From assembly GCA_965223505.1 (NCBI GenBank), contig CBDCWP010000027.1, positions 1-30,288 on the forward strand: 30,288 bases of DNA. Direction: 5' to 3'. Below the pieces are notes generated by a model. It saw only the letters and a program-made list of their open reading frames with translations. It did not search any database and was not told the origin of the DNA. Of the stretch, positions 26,487 to 30,288 are shown one piece after another. Positions within the stretch are counted from its first letter, which is position 1, and each line of letters begins with the position of its first letter. This stretch comes from Planctomycetota bacterium. Its GTDB lineage: Bacteria > Planctomycetota > PLA2 > JAEUHO01. The position numbers and the translations under genes were made by a program.

Positions 26487-27463
26487 TGGACACGGAGGAC
26501 GACATGCCGATCGAAGAGTCGACGAAGCCTGCCGAGGAGGAGCTGCGGATTCCCGAGCGCGATCTCGAAGCAGCGCGGGAGCAGATCGCCCGCGAAGCGC
26601 GCCGCGGCACACCGGTGTCCAGCGCGGCGATCCGACTGGGGGGCGTCTTCGAGGCCGTCTCCGAGGGACGGGCGTTCGATACCGCCGTGCATGACGCGAT
26701 GAACGAGCAGGAGTCCCTGCTCGACATCGAACGCTTCAACCTCTGGTACGGAACGAACCAAGCGCTGTTCGACAACAGCATGCGCGTGACGCGCGGCGCG
26801 GTGACCGCGCTGATCGGCCCGTCGGGTTGCGGCAAGTCGACGTTGTTGCGTTCGGTCAACCGGATGAACGATCTCGTGTCGTCGGTGCGAATCGAGGGCG
26901 ACATGCGCCTGAGCGGGGGCTCGATCTACAGCAAGGGCGTCGACGTGATCGAGCTGCGCAAGCGCATCGGCATGGTGTTCCAGAAACCCAACCCGTTCCC
27001 GATGAGCATCTACGAGAACATCGTCTACTCGCTCCGGATCGACGGCGTTCGTGACAAGTCCGTGCTCGACGAGGTCGCGGAGCGCAGCCTGCGGGGAGCG
27101 GGGCTGTGGGACGAGGTCAAGGACCGGCTCGACGACAGCGCGCTGCAGCTGAGCGGCGGTCAACAGCAGCGACTGTGCATCGGGCGCGCCATCGCGGGCG
27201 AACCCGATGTGATGCTGCTCGACGAACCGTGCTCCGCCCTCGATCCGATCGCGACGGGTCGCATCGAGGACCTCATCGAGAAGCTCAAGGGCCGTTACAC
27301 GATCCTCATCGTGACGCACAACATGCAGCAGGCGCAGCGAGCCAGTGACTACACCGCTTTCATGTACTTGGGGCGATTGGTGGAGTACGGCCCGACCCAG
27401 GACCTGTTCATTCGTCCCCAGTTGAAGGAGACGGAGGACTACGTCACCGGCCGGTTCGGCTAG
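26486..27463 (+). CDS. pstB: Phosphate ABC transporter ATP-binding protein, with N-terminal extension, 325 aa
   Basis: TGATG overlap with pst[58 protein letters not shown]. Confidence 0.97.
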   Translation: MDTEDDMPIEESTKPAEEELRIPERDLEAAREQIAREARRGTPVSSAAIRLGGVFEAVSEGRAFDTAVHDAMNEQESLLDIERFNLWYGTNQALFDNSMRVTRGAVTALIGPSGCGKSTLLRSVNRMNDLVSSVRIEGDMRLSGGSIYSKGVDVIELRKRIGMVFQKPNPFPMSIYENIVYSLRIDGVRDKSVLDEVAERSLRGAGLWDEVKDRLDDSALQLSGGQQQRLCIGRAIAGEPDVMLLDEPCSALDPIATGRIEDLIEKLKGRYTILIVTHNMQQAQRASDYTAFMYLGRLVEYGPTQDLFIRPQLKETEDYVTGRFG

Positions 27464-27517
27464 TCCTCTCCCCAAAGCAGACACACAACCAGCACCTTCC
27501 GTGAAGGGATCTTACCT

Positions 27518-27933
27518 ATGCGCGTTTCTGGACTCATCGTGTTCGTCGCGGTGTTTGTCGCGTTGACGGGCTGTAAGCAGCAAGTCACCTACAACACCGG
27601 TCCGGAGAAGGTCGAGGCCAAGGCGAGCGCGAGGCCCGCCGCTTCGGGAACACCCGCGCGTGCCGTCGCAGTCGTCCAGCCGGTCGTCGTCGCCAAGGCC
27701 GACGCGCCCCGTGCGAAGGCCCCCGTCGCTCGCGCGAAGCACAAGCGCGCCCAGGCGCGTACGCGCTCCGCGGCTTCGAGGTGTACGACGACAGCGGCCG
27801 CCTTTGGGTGTTCCGGAAGGGCTCCTCGGCCCACCAGACCTTCCTGACCAAGGGTGAGCCGGCGAAGCGCGTCACGCTCGTAGGTGCGGAGCGCAAGACA
27901 CTCGACGACTACGTCTGGGACGCCCGCGAATAG
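27518..27933 (+). CDS. Small uncharacterised lipoprotein with one apparent frameshift (~138 aa if repaired)
   Basis: Lipobox LTGC and an Ala/Pro/Lys-rich linker. After a 1-nt shift near 27750 the frame reads GAYALRGFEVYDDSGRLWVFRKGS..GEPAKRVTLVGAERKTLDDYVWDARE to TAG at 27931-27933. Confidence 0.65.
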
Positions 27934-27938
27934 CTGCC

Positions 27939-28604
27939 CTAGGCGTACTCTTCGGGCTGATGCCGGACCACCTCGCCGTCGACCATGAAGATCACGTCCT
28001 CCGCGATGTTCGTGGCAAGGTCGGCGATTCGTTCGAGATGGCGTGACGCCGACAGCATGTGCACCGCGCGCCTGATGGTCGACGGGTCGCTCTGCATCAG
28101 CCCGTGCAGCACGTTGAACATCTCGCGGTTGATGTCGTCGACCTTGTCGTCGTCGGCGCGTACGCGTCGCGCCGCGTCGACGTCGCGGCGCACCAGTGCG
28201 TCCAGGCAGTCACGCACCATGCGCCGAACGAGATCGCCCATCGTGCCGAAGTCGAGGGAGATCGGCAGCGGATCGTGGGTGGCGAGGTACAGCGCCCGCT
28301 CGGCGACGTTGACGGCCAGGTCGCCCATGCGCTCGAGGTCGTTGTTCACCTTCAGCACGGCGACGATGTAGCGCAGGTCCGCTGCCACCGGCTGGTGAAG
28401 CGCAAGCATCTTGAGGCAGTCGACTTCGACCTCGACTTCGCGATCGTCGATGTGTTCGTCGCCCTCCAGCACTTGTTCCGCCAGCTCCGGCCGCCGGTGG
28501 ATCAGCGCTTCGATGGCGTGGTTGGCTGCCTCCTCGACGAGGGCGCCGACGGAGAGCACCTCGCGTGCGAGGCGTTCGAGATCACGGTGAAGGTGAATCG
28601 GCAT
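27939..28604 (-). CDS. phoU: Phosphate signalling complex protein PhoU, 221 aa
   Basis: DEHIDDRE, LHQPVAADLR, NDLERMGDLAVNVAE, DDKVD, HLERIADLATNIAEDVIFMVDG. Start set at the ATG at 28604. Confidence 0.96.
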   Translation of the reverse strand: MPIHLHRDLERLAREVLSVGALVEEAANHAIEALIHRRPELAEQVLEGDEHIDDREVEVEVDCLKMLALHQPVAADLRYIVAVLKVNNDLERMGDLAVNVAERALYLATHDPLPISLDFGTMGDLVRRMVRDCLDALVRRDVDAARRVRADDDKVDDINREMFNVLHGLMQSDPSTIRRAVHMLSASRHLERIADLATNIAEDVIFMVDGEVVRHQPEEYA

Positions 28605-28634
28605 CGTCGATTTGCGTCCGCTCGAAGGGTGGAG

Positions 28635-28692
28635 ATGATACCCGTGTGCCCGTAAGCGGATGATGTGGCGTTCGTGTACTTGACGTGAAGAC
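28635..28692 (-). promoter_or_regulatory. Putative Pho box + -10 element upstream of phoU
   Basis: Minus strand GT-CTTCAC-GTCAA-GTACAC-GAACG-CCACAT (11-bp period, 28692-28663), then TATCAT at 28640-28635. Confidence 0.5.
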
Positions 28693-28699
28693 AGTCTGT

Positions 28700-30288
28700 T
28701 CAGGCGCAAGGGAAGCGCACGCGGAACGTGCTGCCTCGCCCCGGCCGGCTCTCGATCTCGACATTGCCTTTCAGCATCTGAACGAGGTGTTTGACGATCG
28801 CGAGGCCGAGGCCGGTGCCGCCGTCGTTCCCGCTCGAGCGCGCTCTGCTCTCGTCCACGCGGTAGAAGCGCTCGAAGACCCGGTCCTGCTTGTCAGGCGG
28901 GATGCCGGCTCCGGTGTCCTCGACCTCGAGCAGGATGTGATCGTCGTCTCGTCCGAGTCGAACGTGAACCTCGCCGCCTCGAGGCGTGTACTTGATCGCG
29001 TTGTCGAGCAAGTTGCCTGCGATGCGGCGAAACGCCTCGACTTGGCCGTCGATCCGCAGAGGGTCCTCGGCGATCTGCGAACCGATCTTCACACGCTTTT
29101 CGCGCGCCCGCATGGCGAAGTCCTCGAGCGCCGTTCGCACCGGCTCGCGAAGATCGACCGATTGCCCCGTCATCCCCTCCGTTTCCGACTCGAGGCGGGA
29201 CAGGGCCAGCATCTCGTCGATGAGATCCCCGAGCCGGTGGCTCTGGCTCAACATGCGGCTCAGGAACCCGCGCCGGACCTCCTCGTCCATGGCGGGGTCG
29301 CCCAGCACGGTTTCGGCCATTCCGCGAATCGAAGCCACCGGGGTCTTGAGCTCATGCGACGCGTTGGCGACGAAGTCGCGGCGGATCTCCTCGAGCCGGC
29401 GTCGTTCCGTCACGTCGTCGAGCACGAGCACCGCGCCGCGCGCCTCCCCGGCATGGCTCGACAAGGGGGACACGTGCAGACGCACGGTGCGCTCCCGGCC
29501 GTCCGCGCGGAGGGAGATTACCGACGACTGAACCTGGCCTTCGCGCACCGCGCGGCGAAGCGTGTCCGGGACCTGTGGCAAGCGCAGTGCCTTCCATAGC
29601 GGTCGGCCGCGTACGTCCTCGGCATCGAGCCCGAGAATCACGCACGCCGCGTCGTTCACGAGCGCGATGCGCTCGTCCGTGTCGACGGCCAGCACGCCCT
29701 CCACCATCCCACCCAGGATCGCGCTCATCTCACGCTGCTCGCGCCGCGCCGTGTCAATTTCCCGCTGCAGATTGGTAGCCATCTCGTTGAAGGCGTGCCC
29801 GAGATCCCCGACCTCGTCGGCAGTGTGGATCTGGACCCGACGCTCCAGGTCTCCGGCGGCGATCGCCGTGGCCGTCTCTCTCATCGACTGCAGCGGGCCG
29901 GACAGCATGCGGGCCGAGATCAGCGCGCCGATGAGCCCAAGCAGCACGGCAAGTGCCGTCGCCCCGAGCACGGTGCGGCGCAGGCTGCTCAACCGATCCT
30001 CGAGATGAACGAGCGGAATCGCGCCGCGCACGTAGCCACGGAACCCGTCCTCGCTCGGAGCGGCGCGCGCCATGTAGACCATGTGCATTCCGAGCGTGTC
30101 GCTATAGCGCGTCGCCGAACCGAACGTTGCCGTCCGGCTCTCGACGACCTCGGGGCGGTCGGCATGGTTGTCCATCCCGTAGGGATCCTTGGACGAGTCG
30201 GCCACGACCTCGCCGTCCGGGGCGATCAACGTGATGCGTGTCCTCGTTCGCTCTCCGACGTCGCGGACGCGACTCTGTAGTTCATCGT
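28700..30288 (-). CDS. phoR: Phosphate regulon sensor histidine kinase (HAMP-PAS-HisKA-HATPase), 5'-partial
   Basis: Frame is open to the window edge. MDNHADRPEV sensor motif, TM, HAMP (DEVGDLGHAFNEM), PAS, RRDFVANASHELKTP, NLLDNAIKYT, FERFYRVD, GTGLGLAIVKH. Adjacent to phoU and the pst genes. Confidence 0.92.
   Translation of the reverse strand, partial: DELQSRVRDVGERTRTRITLIAPDGEVVADSSKDPYGMDNHADRPEVVESRTATFGSATRYSDTLGMHMVYMARAAPSEDGFRGYVRGAIPLVHLEDRLSSLRRTVLGATALAVLLGLIGALISARMLSGPLQSMRETATAIAAGDLERRVQIHTADEVGDLGHAFNEMATNLQREIDTARREQREMSAILGGMVEGVLAVDTDERIALVNDAACVILGLDAEDVRGRPLWKALRLPQVPDTLRRAVREGQVQSSVISLRADGRERTVRLHVSPLSSHAGEARGAVLVLDDVTERRRLEEIRRDFVANASHELKTPVASIRGMAETVLGDPAMDEEVRRGFLSRMLSQSHRLGDLIDEMLALSRLESETEGMTGQSVDLREPVRTALEDFAMRAREKRVKIGSQIAEDPLRIDGQVEAFRRIAGNLLDNAIKYTPRGGEVHVRLGRDDDHILLEVEDTGAGIPPDKQDRVFERFYRVDESRARSSGNDGGTGLGLAIVKHLVQMLKGNVEIESRPGRGSTFRVRFPCA

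Noticed and set aside
23955..27463. Extended N-termini in the ORF track for pstA (23955) and pstB (25733); likewise phoU (28709), the peptidase (11707) and the HEAT protein (20761)
   Set aside because: The pstA, pstB and phoU extensions overlap neighbouring genes, and the others are low-complexity sequence ahead of a clear signal peptide. Downstream starts fit better (RBS, translational coupling, signal peptide or family length).
1..30288. CRISPR array, tRNA/rRNA, IS/integrase, phage or defence genes
   Set aside because: No regularly spaced repeats, RNA-gene signatures or mobility/defence motifs were seen, and almost all sequence is explained by CDSs.

Overview
High-GC bacterial chromosomal window. 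The gene content suggests Planctomycetota, which is an inference. From left to right: (1) a heavily frameshifted cobalamin/Fe-siderophore-type ABC importer (ATPase, BtuF-like binding protein, FecCD/BtuC permease); (2) two tandem paralogous membrane-anchored proteins, each with 8 carboxypeptidase-regulatory-like beta-sandwich domains; (3) on the minus strand, ligA, a secreted HEXXH gluzincin and an orphan secretin-like protein; (4) a co-directional trio of a cellulose-synthase-like GT2, a REC/HD-GYP protein and a stand-alone PilZ protein; (5) a secreted HEAT-repeat + QW-repeat (alpha/alpha)-barrel protein; (6) a phosphate locus with pstS, long pstC, long pstA, pstB and a small lipoprotein, convergent with phoR (5'-truncated) and phoU. 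The most notable signal is a ~46-nt sequence-plus-hairpin element with compensatory base changes, present in the leaders of both the HD-GYP gene and pstS. Pho-box-like repeats lie upstream of pstS and phoU. Together these suggest an undescribed link between phosphate status and a c-di-GMP-controlled polysaccharide module. No rRNA, tRNA, CRISPR array or mobile element was seen.
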